Shown here: one piece after another, positions 13,970 through 23,524 of the stretch
Numbering within the stretch: position 1 is the first letter of the stretch
Layout of the letters: each line of letters opens with the position of its first letter
Assembly (NCBI GenBank): GCA_963727625.1
Contig: CAVSHR010000006.1
Coordinates: forward strand, 292,782-356,781
Direction: 5' to 3'
Length of the DNA stretch: 64,000 nucleotides
Origin: an uncultured delta proteobacterium
Lineage (GTDB): Bacteria; Desulfobacterota; Binatia; UBA9968
Program-made: the position numbers and the translations under genes
Notes under the pieces: generated by a model
The model's database searches: none
What the model was told of the DNA's origin: nothing
Seen by the model: the letters and a program-made list of their open reading frames with translations, nothing else

Positions 13970-14550
13970 TACACCCATCACGGGGACGCCATTGCCGCTT
14001 ACTGCTTGTCCGTTCTTATAGCCGAGCTTTCCGACGCCGCAGGAAACGCAAGAAAGCCAATCTCATCTGGTGCGATCGAGCAATTCTGCGGCGCGCCGGC
14101 GGCGAACGATTGCAAAACCCCGCTGGCGCTGTTGACGATTCCGCCCCCCCGGCTTGGAGTATGGACGGCAAAAACTCTTACAGAAAGTCGGTGCTCCGGT
14201 CGGACGGGTTTCCCGGTTTCGTCTCAGAGATCGTCAGCCCGACCCGTAAAGTTTACAGCAAGCGCCATAGCGGTGTTATCGACCAAAGTATGCACGGTGC
14301 TCCAGCGCGCAAGAATCTGTTCGTTCTTGCTCCATGCTTGATATCTGCGGCAGATATCCCACCGTAACGCGAGGGTCTGCGCGCTCTTATACGCCATCTT
14401 TTCCGCAGCGGCCAGGAGCTGTGATGTCTCGCGTACTTCAAAAATATCGCGGCATCCCTGCTTGGCAAAGGCTTCAGCTAGGGCGCGGCCCAAGCCGCGG
14501 CTGGCGCCGGTGACCAGAACAATTTGCGGTCCAAGCCGAGCATCGTGCAA
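13970..14550 (-). pseudogene. Short-chain dehydrogenase (FabG-like) pseudogene
   Basis: IVLVTGASRGLGRALAEAFAKQG; in-frame TGA at 14224-14226; the frame then continues GGGIVNSAS...PDEIGFLAFPAAS; the YxxxK segment is missing. Confidence 0.75.
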
Positions 14551-14656
14551 AGAATACCAGATCCATCGGCCTAAAACCCAATCGCGCCGCCGCGCGCTTG
14601 TTCTGTTAAAAACTTTTCGATAAAGGGAATGCAGCTAGAATTCCCGGAGGCGTAAA

Positions 14657-15730
14657 GTGAAATTTTTAGCGATTGTGATGTTCAGTATTCTTGCGCTGGT
14701 GCCTGCCCGGTTGCAGGCGCAAGACCAGCCGTCCACCGTGCCCTCGTTCACGTGGCGCGACGCCCCTTCCGGGCGGGGCAATTCAGAGCTCGACCGGCTC
14801 AATCAAGCTTTTGTCCGATTGGCCGATCAGGCACGGCCCGCGATCGTGCAGATACGGACTACCACGCCGGACCCCCAGAGCCATTCGGGGCAAGCTAGCG
14901 GCAGCCGCGGTTCCGGTTTCATCATCGACCCGCGCGGGTATGTGTTGACTGCCCAGCATGTGATCGATAAGGCCAAAGAGATCGAAATCAGGTTGGCCGA
15001 CTCACATCGACTGCCGGCGAAAGTGATTGCCGCCGACAGCCAGATTGATATTGCGATTCTTAAAATTTCAACCGAGCGCGAGTTGCCGATCTTGTACCTA
15101 GGCGATTCCGACGCGATCCGCGTCGGCGAGCTGGCGGTGCTCTTCGGTTATCCCTTCGGCCGCGAAAGCTCGATGAATCTGGGCGTTGTCAGCCGCGCCG
15201 GGCGAAGTTATCCCGACTCGGCGAGCTTCGAGTTCATCCAGACCGACGCCGGCGGCTATCCCGGCGGCAGCGGCGGCCCACTGCTCAACAGCAAGGGTGA
15301 CGTGATCGGCATGATCACGATGGCTTCGGAGCGCGGCAACATGGGTTTTGCGACACCCGTCAACGTGATCAAGCGGATCGTGCCACGCCTGGCCAACGGT
15401 GAAAAATTTGTCTGGGGCTGGCTAGGCGTCCAGATGTCAAACATTTCTCTCGAACATGCGGCCCATCTGGGAATTTTGCCCGCAAAGGGCGTCGTCGTCA
15501 GTTCGGTATTGCCCGGCCACCCCGCGGCGCGCGGCGGGGTGCAAAAACAGGACATCATCTTATCGATCAACCAAACTCAGGTTGAAAGCCCGCGCGACGT
15601 GGCGCGCATGATTGGTGGCCTCGAGGCCGGCAGAGTGGTGCAATTGACTATCCTGCGCAGAGGGAAAACCGTGCAGATTTCCGTGCCGCTGGGCACCCGG
15701 CCCGAGTCGACCAAGGCGCGCGAAGGTTAG
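14657..15730 (+). CDS. HtrA/DegP-family serine protease with one PDZ domain
   Basis: Signal peptide, GSGFII, TAQHV, DIAIL, PGGSGGPL, WLGVQ PDZ. Confidence 0.9.
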   Translation: MKFLAIVMFSILALVPARLQAQDQPSTVPSFTWRDAPSGRGNSELDRLNQAFVRLADQARPAIVQIRTTTPDPQSHSGQASGSRGSGFIIDPRGYVLTAQHVIDKAKEIEIRLADSHRLPAKVIAADSQIDIAILKISTERELPILYLGDSDAIRVGELAVLFGYPFGRESSMNLGVVSRAGRSYPDSASFEFIQTDAGGYPGGSGGPLLNSKGDVIGMITMASERGNMGFATPVNVIKRIVPRLANGEKFVWGWLGVQMSNISLEHAAHLGILPAKGVVVSSVLPGHPAARGGVQKQDIILSINQTQVESPRDVARMIGGLEAGRVVQLTILRRGKTVQISVPLGTRPESTKAREG

Positions 15731-18198
15731 CGGTCGGTCTCTTCAGCGTGCGCGCTGGAGTTTCTATGATCGGCGAATGAGCTCAATTTTTTTTGCAGCT
15801 CGGTGAACTGTTGTAATTTCTTTTGGACAGCGTAATTGACCGTTCCTTCCGGATATCGCCCCTCGCCGTCCCGTTCGCCAGCTGCAACACCGGTCAGGAC
15901 TTCGATGCCTTCGTCGATGGTGCCCACGGCATAAAGATGAAATTTGTTTTCCTTAACCGCCTCGACGACATCGGGCCTGAGCATGAGATGGCGCAGGTTG
16001 GAGCGCGGAATCATCACGCCCTGCTCCCCGGTCAGACCCTTGAGCCGGCAAACGTCGTAGTGACCCTCGACCTTTTGGTTGACGCCGCCGATCGCTTGAA
16101 CTTCGCCGTTTTGATTGACCGAACCGGTCACGGCGATGCCTTGTTTGATCGGGATCTCGGACAGGCTCGATAAAATCGCGTAGAGCTCGGTGGACGAGGC
16201 GCTGTCGCCATCGACGCCGTCGTAGGACTGTTCGAAACAGATCGTGCTCGCCAATGACAACGGGCTCTCCTGCGCGTACTTGCCGCCCAAATAGCCGCCG
16301 AGAATCAACACACCCTTGTCATGCGTTTTGCCGCTGAGCTTGGACTCCCGTTCGATGTTGGTGATGCCGCCGCGTCCCATGAATGTTTTTGCCGTGATGC
16401 GCGACGGCTTGCCGAAGCTAAAATCACCCATCGAGTACACCGCCAAACCGTTCACCTGACCGGTGACAGTGCCATCGACATCCACGAGCACGGTTCCCTC
16501 GGTGATCATTTCTTGCAGGTGTTTTTCGATGAGGTTGAGTCGAAAGGTTTTTTCCGTCACCGCCCGCTCGACATGCTTCCCGGCCACCAGTTGAGCATTT
16601 TCCTTTTCCGCCCAATAATCCGACTCGATCAGCAGATCGACCATATCACTGAAGCGGGTGGAAAGTTTATTTTGGTCCTCGATCTGTCTAGCGCACTGTT
16701 CGATGACGCGTGCGACGGCTTCGGTATCGAAGTGGCGAAGCTTCTCTCGATTGCAATAGTCGGCGATAAAACAAGCCAACGCGGTAATATTTTCCTGGTT
16801 GCGATCGATTTCAAAATTAAAATCGGCCTTGACTTTGAAGGTCTCGCGGAAATCCGGATCGATGGAAGCCAAAGTACGGTATAAATATGGGTCGCCGATC
16901 ATGATGACTTTGGTGTCGGTCGGAATCGGCTCGGGGCGCAGCCCCTGGGGCGGAACAAATCCGAAGAACGCGCCGGGCTCCTCGATGCGCAGCTCGCGGT
17001 TTTTGATCACGCGCTGCAACGCTTCCCAAACCCCCGCGTTGGAGAGCACGTCGCGATCGTAGAGCACCAGGTAGCCGCCGTTGGCGCGGCTGATGGACCC
17101 CGGCTTGATCAGTGTGAAGTCGGTAAAATAACCGCCCGCAATCGGCTTTTTTTCGACCACGCCGATCAAATTGTGATAGGTGGGATTGGTCTCGACGATG
17201 ATCGGCGGCCCTTGACTATCGCTATTGTCGACGAACACGTTCACTCTATACGGCAAGAACGGATCGCCCGGCGGCTCGCCAAACAACATCGGTCCCATGG
17301 GGGTCATCGCCGGCGCGGCTTCGGCGCCTTTAAAGCGCTGCAAATTTTTTAGAATGTGATCGTGCACCAAGTCGAGGTAGGCCAGCACCTTGGGGTAGTC
17401 GCGGTATTTTTCTTTGAGATCGGCGAGCGGGATGCGCACGAGATAATCCGCCGTTTGGGTTTCCGCAGCTCCCAGTTTTTCGGCAATCTCCCGCTCGAGT
17501 TTTTTGCCTTCGCGCAGGGTAGCTTCGACTTTTTTTTCGATCTCGCCGCGGCTCTCTTCAAGCCGTTTCTTTTCCTCCTGAGATAATGCCAAATACTCGG
17601 CTTCTTGCATGGGCTTGCCGTCCTTGGTCGGCAAAAGCACGATACCGGAGGGCGTCATTCGCAGGGAAAAGCCCTTTTGGCTCGCCTCCTGCATCAACGA
17701 TTCCATCATCTCTTGCTGCTTTTTTTGTAATTGTTCAACCATCTCCTGGCGTTGACGCGCGTAGTCGTCGCTCTCGAACATTTTCTTGGCTTCGGCCAGA
17801 AGATTTTTAATCAGATGTTCCATATCGGTTCGAAGAACCTTGCCCCAACCGCGACGAATTTTGAGCGCCTGAGGCCGATCGGGATCATTGAAATTGTATA
17901 CGTAGCACCAGTCTTCGGGGCTCGCCGAGTCGATTGAAGGCGTCGCCTTTTGGCTGGTAATTTTTTTCAAGAACGCCTTGATGATGCTGGTCTTCCCAGT
18001 GCCCGTAAGACCGGTGACGAAGATATTGAAACCCGGCTTGTCGATTCCCAGGCCCAATTCAATGGCCCGGATCGCGCGCTCTTGGCCGATAAAGTCCTCC
18101 AGCGGCGTCATCTCCGCCGTGCAGGTAAACGGAAGATACGAGAGATCGCAGCGCCAAGCGAGCTTGTCGTGCGGCACTTCAAATTTCTTCGACATCAT
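15727..18198 (-). CDS. Lon-like (LonC/LonB-type, S16) protease with AAA-like domain
   Basis: FIGQERA, GLTGTGKT, GQVNGL, EQSYDGVDGDSASS, IAVTGSVNQ, IGGVNQKVEG. Confidence 0.92.
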   Translation of the reverse strand: MMSKKFEVPHDKLAWRCDLSYLPFTCTAEMTPLEDFIGQERAIRAIELGLGIDKPGFNIFVTGLTGTGKTSIIKAFLKKITSQKATPSIDSASPEDWCYVYNFNDPDRPQALKIRRGWGKVLRTDMEHLIKNLLAEAKKMFESDDYARQRQEMVEQLQKKQQEMMESLMQEASQKGFSLRMTPSGIVLLPTKDGKPMQEAEYLALSQEEKKRLEESRGEIEKKVEATLREGKKLEREIAEKLGAAETQTADYLVRIPLADLKEKYRDYPKVLAYLDLVHDHILKNLQRFKGAEAAPAMTPMGPMLFGEPPGDPFLPYRVNVFVDNSDSQGPPIIVETNPTYHNLIGVVEKKPIAGGYFTDFTLIKPGSISRANGGYLVLYDRDVLSNAGVWEALQRVIKNRELRIEEPGAFFGFVPPQGLRPEPIPTDTKVIMIGDPYLYRTLASIDPDFRETFKVKADFNFEIDRNQENITALACFIADYCNREKLRHFDTEAVARVIEQCARQIEDQNKLSTRFSDMVDLLIESDYWAEKENAQLVAGKHVERAVTEKTFRLNLIEKHLQEMITEGTVLVDVDGTVTGQVNGLAVYSMGDFSFGKPSRITAKTFMGRGGITNIERESKLSGKTHDKGVLILGGYLGGKYAQESPLSLASTICFEQSYDGVDGDSASSTELYAILSSLSEIPIKQGIAVTGSVNQNGEVQAIGGVNQKVEGHYDVCRLKGLTGEQGVMIPRSNLRHLMLRPDVVEAVKENKFHLYAVGTIDEGIEVLTGVAAGERDGEGRYPEGTVNYAVQKKLQQFTELQKKLSSFADHRNSSAHAEETDR

Positions 18199-18319
18199 TG
18201 TACCTCGAGTTGATTGAATTAGCCGAGAGGATAGGGTCTCGCTGGTCCCTCGTCAACTCCCGCGGTGCGATTAAGAACCGGCTATTGAACGCTCATCAAC
18301 CACTCTCTATACTTCATCA

Positions 18320-19747
18320 ATGATATTCGGAGCAGGCGAACCGAAGCGTGGCACGGTGCTGTGCGCGCTGATGCTAGTTGCGGCGATTCTTCTCGTGAGC
18401 TGCGGTTCGTTGCCCGCCGACTTACCATCGGTTCCCGGTTTAAGTCCGCCGAGCGAGGACGAAGAAACCAGAATCAGTCGCGAATTCCGTCGCGAGGCCA
18501 AGAAAGAGTTAAAATTTGTCAATCATCCCGAAGTCGAGCGCTACATCGACCGTATCGGGCGCCGTATTTTAGCGGTCAGTGGTCCGCAATCCTTCGATTA
18601 CCGCTTTTTTGTAGTAGAGGACAATCAGCTTAATGCTTTTGCCGTTCCGGGCGGATCCATCTACGTTTATTCCGGACTGATCGAACGCGCAAAAACCACG
18701 GATGAACTTGCAGGTGTCTTGGGTCACGAAATTACCCATATCAAAGGCCATCACATGGTCCGTTCCTCGGGGCCCGACCCAATTTCGATTCTGAGCCTCC
18801 TGGCGATGGTAGCGTTGGCGAAAAGCGGCAGCGGCGGTCAAGCCGTTGGCATGGTAGGTCAAGCCGTCGCCGCGACCCGTCAATTGGCGTACAGCCGCCA
18901 GCTCGAAATGGAAGCCGACACGCTTGGAACGCGATACATGGCGGCGGCGGGATATAACCCGCAGGGCACGATCGCCTTCCTTAAGATGATGGACCAGGAA
19001 CGTAGTCTCAACCCGGTCGATGTTCCAGCATATGTTTTAAGCCATCCACTCAGCCAAGAGCGCATCGCCAATGCACAACTCGTTGTAAAATCGCTCGGCG
19101 AGACCCCTATACGCCCCGACGAGCCGGACGCCTTGAAAAAAGTACAAATCGTTATCCGCATGGATCGCCCCCCCCGTAACGAAGTGGTTGCCGAGTACGA
19201 AAAGCTGGTTCAACAGAACCCGCGAGATCCCGATCTGCTCTATTTGCTCGGTTTTGCCCTGCAACTTCAGGGGCGCGCAGCTGAGGCCCAGAAGCGTTAC
19301 GAGCAGTCTCGTCAGCTAAAGCCCAACAACCCCGGCTTGCAGCGCGACCTAGGCCGCCTCTATGGGGAAATGGCTGACTTTAAGGCCGCCAGGGAGGCGT
19401 TCGACCGTTCACTGGTTCTAGTGCCAGACGAGCCGCTCACTTATCTCTATCTCGGTGAGATGCTGGAAAAATCAGGTGATCTGAGAAGTGCGGCCGGCGC
19501 CTATCTTAACGCCCAGCGTTTGGCCCCGCTTTGGGATCGGCCGCCGTACCGGCTAGGGTTAGTCTATGGCAAACTCGATCGGCGCGGCGACGGTTACTAC
19601 TATCTCGGACGTTCGTATTTGCTCCAAGACGAAGACGAACGAGCCATCGCCGACTACCAGCAGGCGATCAAAGCCCTGGGCGAAAACTCGCCCCGCGCAC
19701 AGGTGATCAAGGACGAGCTAAGTAATTTAAAGAAAAGGAGAAAGTAG
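18320..19747 (+). CDS. M48 metalloprotease with TPR repeats (BepA/YfgC-like lipoprotein)
   Basis: Lipobox LVSC, NAFAVPGG, HEITH, YSRQLEMEAD, SHP, C-terminal TPRs. Confidence 0.9.
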   Translation: MIFGAGEPKRGTVLCALMLVAAILLVSCGSLPADLPSVPGLSPPSEDEETRISREFRREAKKELKFVNHPEVERYIDRIGRRILAVSGPQSFDYRFFVVEDNQLNAFAVPGGSIYVYSGLIERAKTTDELAGVLGHEITHIKGHHMVRSSGPDPISILSLLAMVALAKSGSGGQAVGMVGQAVAATRQLAYSRQLEMEADTLGTRYMAAAGYNPQGTIAFLKMMDQERSLNPVDVPAYVLSHPLSQERIANAQLVVKSLGETPIRPDEPDALKKVQIVIRMDRPPRNEVVAEYEKLVQQNPRDPDLLYLLGFALQLQGRAAEAQKRYEQSRQLKPNNPGLQRDLGRLYGEMADFKAAREAFDRSLVLVPDEPLTYLYLGEMLEKSGDLRSAAGAYLNAQRLAPLWDRPPYRLGLVYGKLDRRGDGYYYLGRSYLLQDEDERAIADYQQAIKALGENSPRAQVIKDELSNLKKRRK

Positions 19748-19749
19748 TC

Positions 19750-20124
19750 TTATGGCTGACCGCGCATGGCAGCCAGCGAAAGCACTTTCTGGCGTACCGG
19801 CTTGGTATAGCGATTTTCCCGCTTGAGCAGAACTTCCCGCAGATAATCCGGGTCGAATCCTAGTAAGTCACAGATATTATTGAAGGAAAATAGCCAATCG
19901 TTGCTGCTGTCCTCGACCCATTCGAGGGCGTTCTGGTATTGGCTCTGGCCAGCGCTACTAGGCGAAGCGCGATATTTCTCCAAACATTCCACCGCGTCTT
20001 TCAAGACAGCGATCATCAGCCGCTTTTCACCCTCTAGTTTGCGTGATAACGCACCCGAGCCGTAAAACTGCGAGGGCAGAAAAATATCAGGCTCGAGAAT
20101 TCTTGCTAGAAAATCGTCGTACAT
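19750..20124 (-). CDS. Hypothetical protein, paralog of 27905-28369
   Basis: GAGGAG RBS; motifs shared with the paralog: PDI..QF, EKRLMIAVLKDAV, FSFNNICDLLGFDPDYLR. Confidence 0.85.
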   Translation of the reverse strand: MYDDFLARILEPDIFLPSQFYGSGALSRKLEGEKRLMIAVLKDAVECLEKYRASPSSAGQSQYQNALEWVEDSSNDWLFSFNNICDLLGFDPDYLREVLLKRENRYTKPVRQKVLSLAAMRGQP

Positions 20125-20271
20125 TTGTGGAAAAACTCCTCGGTGGCTTAAAATTGATCCTATACCACAAGGTCATCGTAGCCTGCAACAAAAAACGAAA
20201 ACCCCTTTAGGTATTAGATATGAGGAGAGTCTGAGCTTTCTTATCAAGAATGACAAAAAACCAATGTATGA

Positions 20272-20347
20272 AAAACCCTGCAACAAGGATCTTGTAGACG
20301 GTTGCCCCGTGCCGGCTCGGCCGCTTTGACCGGGGGCACAGGGTTTT
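20272..20347 (-). terminator. Probable terminator of the class II aldolase gene
   Basis: aaaaccctg/cagggtttt outer stem with tgcccc/ggggca inner stem; U-tract on the minus strand. Confidence 0.45.
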
Positions 20348-20381
20348 GAGATAGGTGATTGAGAATGACGCCAGGGCGGGT

Positions 20382-21092
20382 TTAGATCCCGCCCATCAGG
20401 CCTTCGAGCTTGGTCTTGGCGACATTGTGGTCCCAGACTTTTTTCACCACGGAATCTTTGCGCCGCTGTTTCATCACGCGCTGCGTTTCATCCTCGTTGT
20501 ACACCAGCACTGGACCGAGTAGGGAAGCTTTGTAGTAGCGCGACGCGGCTTCCTCTAAATCGACGCAACCGGCAAAAACCCATTCTATGGAATGAGCCAC
20601 AACCATCGAGCCGTGCCCGCGAAGCATGACCGCATCAGCTTTGCCGAGCGCTCTAGCGACCGCGTCGCCCTGCTCAACGGTGTGGATGAGCGCGGGGTCC
20701 ATGTATTTCGGCAATGGGCCGGGACCGAAGAAGGCTCCAGGATTAGACGATGCCGGGTAAAATGGCTTATCGACCATCGACAGCGTAGCGACCATGTGGT
20801 TATGCAGATGGGCCACGCTCTGAATGTCGCTACGTGCTTTATACGCCCGCGCATGCATGTTGACTTCCGACGGGGCTTTGTATTTGCCTTCGATCAGCTT
20901 GCCTTCGAAGTCCGTGATCACCATATCGTCCGGCTGCACCGTGGCGCGACTGACGGGATGCGGCAGGATGACCAGGTGATCCGATCCGGGGACCCGCGCG
21001 CTGATATGTCCGCTGTAGTCCACCAATCCGGCGTTGAACAGCATGCGCGACGCCATGGCGAGTTTAATTTTGAGTTCCGATAATTCCGACAC
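20382..21092 (-). CDS. Class II aldolase/adducin family protein
   Basis: SGHISAR, PSEVNMH, VAHLHN, MLRGHG. Confidence 0.9.
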   Translation of the reverse strand: MSELSELKIKLAMASRMLFNAGLVDYSGHISARVPGSDHLVILPHPVSRATVQPDDMVITDFEGKLIEGKYKAPSEVNMHARAYKARSDIQSVAHLHNHMVATLSMVDKPFYPASSNPGAFFGPGPLPKYMDPALIHTVEQGDAVARALGKADAVMLRGHGSMVVAHSIEWVFAGCVDLEEAASRYYKASLLGPVLVYNEDETQRVMKQRRKDSVVKKVWDHNVAKTKLEGLMGGI

Positions 21093-21184
21093 GATAGGGC
21101 TCCTCTCTTACGACCGGGTTTTTTTGTGCTATATCTTTCCTGCCATCATAGTTCAACAGCAGCGTCAGCCACAGCCAACGTCTC

Positions 21185-21583
21185 ATGGCGGAAATGCTTT
21201 GGAAACCCTTCGCCAAACCGGAATCGGACAAGGAATACGTCGCCGTTTTGACCTACCTGCCGCTCAAAAGCCTGTGGGCTTTACCGCAGTTTTTTTATTA
21301 CAGCCGGCGCATTCAAACTCAATTGAAATCGGCACCGGGTCTGATTGGCTATTCGCTGCTGGCTCATGTCTTAGCGAAGCGATTTTGGACCTTGTCGGTT
21401 TGGGAAAATGAGGTCGCGCTGGCGAAATTCATCCATAAACACCCACACCAGGAAGCTATGGTGATCATGCGCCGCTTCATGGGCGGCAGTGAATTCATCC
21501 GTTGGCGCGTGAAAGGCAACGCGGTGCCGCCGCGCTGGCAGGAAGCGATGCGGCGCTTTCATGAGCACGAGCCCGCCGAGTAA
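21185..21583 (+). CDS. DUF3291-like dimeric alpha-beta barrel protein
   Basis: APGLIGYSL..FWTLSVWE..F.H..PH.EAM pattern. Confidence 0.65.
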   Translation: MAEMLWKPFAKPESDKEYVAVLTYLPLKSLWALPQFFYYSRRIQTQLKSAPGLIGYSLLAHVLAKRFWTLSVWENEVALAKFIHKHPHQEAMVIMRRFMGGSEFIRWRVKGNAVPPRWQEAMRRFHEHEPAE

Positions 21584-21628
21584 CGTCGGCGCTGCTCTCC
21601 CAGGCAAAACCATAGGAACAGGATTTCG

Positions 21629-23416
21629 ATGGCAACCAACAGCGCGGCAGGCATGACTTGGAATTTAAGCGATCTCTTCGCGGCCCACGATGATCCCAAG
21701 ATCGCGGCGACCCTTGACGACTGTCACGTGGGCGCCGAACGGTTCGCTCGACGATTCCGGCCGCTGATGCAGAATCCGGAAAGCCTCAGCGCCGGCGTGA
21801 TCCGACAGGCGCTCGAGGAACTTGAAATAATTTACGAGGCTATGGGCCGCGTCGACAGTTACGCGGGCCTGCTCTACGCCGCCGATACGACAAACCCGGA
21901 ATATCAAAACTTCGAGCAACGAGTCGAGCAGCGCTCCACGGAGATTCGCAATCTGCTGCTGTTTTTCGAGCTCGAATGGCTCAAGCTTGACGCTATGATC
22001 GCGGATCGGCTGCTCGCCGACCCGGCGCTGAAAAATTTTCAGCATTATCTCGCAAGCCTAAGGCGTTACCGGCCGCACACCCTGACGGAACCGGAAGAAA
22101 AAATCATCAATGAAAGGGATAACACCGGACGCAACGCCTTTGGCCGGTTATTTTCCGAGGTCACCTCATCGCTGACCTTCAAGTTAGAAAAAGACGGTAC
22201 ACAAGAAGAGCTAAATCTCAGCCAGATACTTTCTTTGCTGCACGAACCCAACCGCGCGCTGCGCCAACACGCTATGGAGACGCTCTATGAGGGGCTTTCG
22301 CAGCACGGCCAGGTGCTGACTTTCATCTATGACACGCTCATCCAAGATAATCTGACCATGGACCGGCTGCGCAAATATCCCGACCCGATGGCCCAGCGCC
22401 ATCTGTTTAATGAAATTGACAGCGCGGCGGTCAAAACCATGATGGCCGTGGCAGAAAATAACTACGGCCTGGCGCAAGATTACTTTCGGCTCAAAGCAAA
22501 ACTGCTCAAGCTGCCGCGCCTGGCGCTTTACGACCAGTACGCCCCGGTCGGCAAAGAGGTGAGACCGTTCCCATACCAGCAAGCCCGGCAGGTGATTCTC
22601 GAAGCCTTCGAGGCCTTCGACCCAACCTTTCGGCAAATTGCCACGGAGTTTTTCGCTAAGAACTGGATCGATGCCGAGATTCGCAAAGGCAAGCGCGGCG
22701 GCGCCTTCTGCTCTTCGCCTTCGCCAAAGCTGCATCCCTACATCCTGTGTAACTACGACGACAACCTGCGCGACGTCATGACCGTCGCCCATGAGCTCGG
22801 TCATGGGCTGCACGGCTGGCTGAGCCGCAAGCAAAATTATTTCAATTACGACACGACGCTGACCACCGCCGAAACCGCCTCGGTGTTCGGCGAGATGCTC
22901 GTTTTCGATTATCTGCTTAAGCAGCAAACCGATCCGCAGGTGCAGATTGCGCTCCTCGCCGGCAAGCTCGAAGATCTCTTCGCCACCGTGTTTCGCCAGA
23001 ACGTGTTGACGCGCTTCGAAGAGTCGGTCTTCGCGGCGCGAAAGGAAAAACGACTGACGCCCGACACCCTAGGCAGGCTTTGGCTCGACGCCAACGGTAA
23101 ATACTACGGTGACGCTGTCGACCTGTCCGACGGCTATCGCTGGGGCTGGTCCTACATCCCGCACTTCATCCACTCGCGCTTTTACTGCTACAGCTACGTC
23201 TTCGGCCAGCTCTTGGTCCTTGCACTCTACCGAATCTACAAAGACGAAGGAGAAAGCTTCGTCCCGAAGTATTGTGCGCTCCTGGAAGCCGGCGGCGCGG
23301 ATTCGCCGGAGGCGCTGCTTCATCCGCTGGGCGTGAAGATTCACTCTGCCGAGTTTTGGCAGAAAGGATTCGAAGAAATCAAGTCTTTGCTCGCGCGGCT
23401 CCAGAAGTTAATTTAA
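21629..23416 (+). CDS. pepF: M3B oligoendopeptidase F
   Basis: WNLSDLF, GKRGGAFC, AHELGHGLH, AETASVFGE, WSYIPHF, YCYSYVFG. Confidence 0.93.
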   Translation: MATNSAAGMTWNLSDLFAAHDDPKIAATLDDCHVGAERFARRFRPLMQNPESLSAGVIRQALEELEIIYEAMGRVDSYAGLLYAADTTNPEYQNFEQRVEQRSTEIRNLLLFFELEWLKLDAMIADRLLADPALKNFQHYLASLRRYRPHTLTEPEEKIINERDNTGRNAFGRLFSEVTSSLTFKLEKDGTQEELNLSQILSLLHEPNRALRQHAMETLYEGLSQHGQVLTFIYDTLIQDNLTMDRLRKYPDPMAQRHLFNEIDSAAVKTMMAVAENNYGLAQDYFRLKAKLLKLPRLALYDQYAPVGKEVRPFPYQQARQVILEAFEAFDPTFRQIATEFFAKNWIDAEIRKGKRGGAFCSSPSPKLHPYILCNYDDNLRDVMTVAHELGHGLHGWLSRKQNYFNYDTTLTTAETASVFGEMLVFDYLLKQQTDPQVQIALLAGKLEDLFATVFRQNVLTRFEESVFAARKEKRLTPDTLGRLWLDANGKYYGDAVDLSDGYRWGWSYIPHFIHSRFYCYSYVFGQLLVLALYRIYKDEGESFVPKYCALLEAGGADSPEALLHPLGVKIHSAEFWQKGFEEIKSLLARLQKLI

Positions 23417-23524
23417 GCGGCCCTGGCGGCTATGCGATGGCGCGCAATTGCAGCAGCATGGCGGCGAACTTCCGTTGCCCGTTAACATGCCCACCCGTGG
23501 GATTAAACCGGCTTTTCGCTTGTC

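Noticed and set aside
14224-14226. TGA readthrough or selenocysteine in the SDR
   Set aside because: The rest of the gene is degenerate with the catalytic motif deleted, so it is a pseudogene
20272-20347. Branched hairpin as a novel ncRNA or c-di-GMP riboswitch
   Set aside because: No GEMM consensus; position and U-tract fit a terminator
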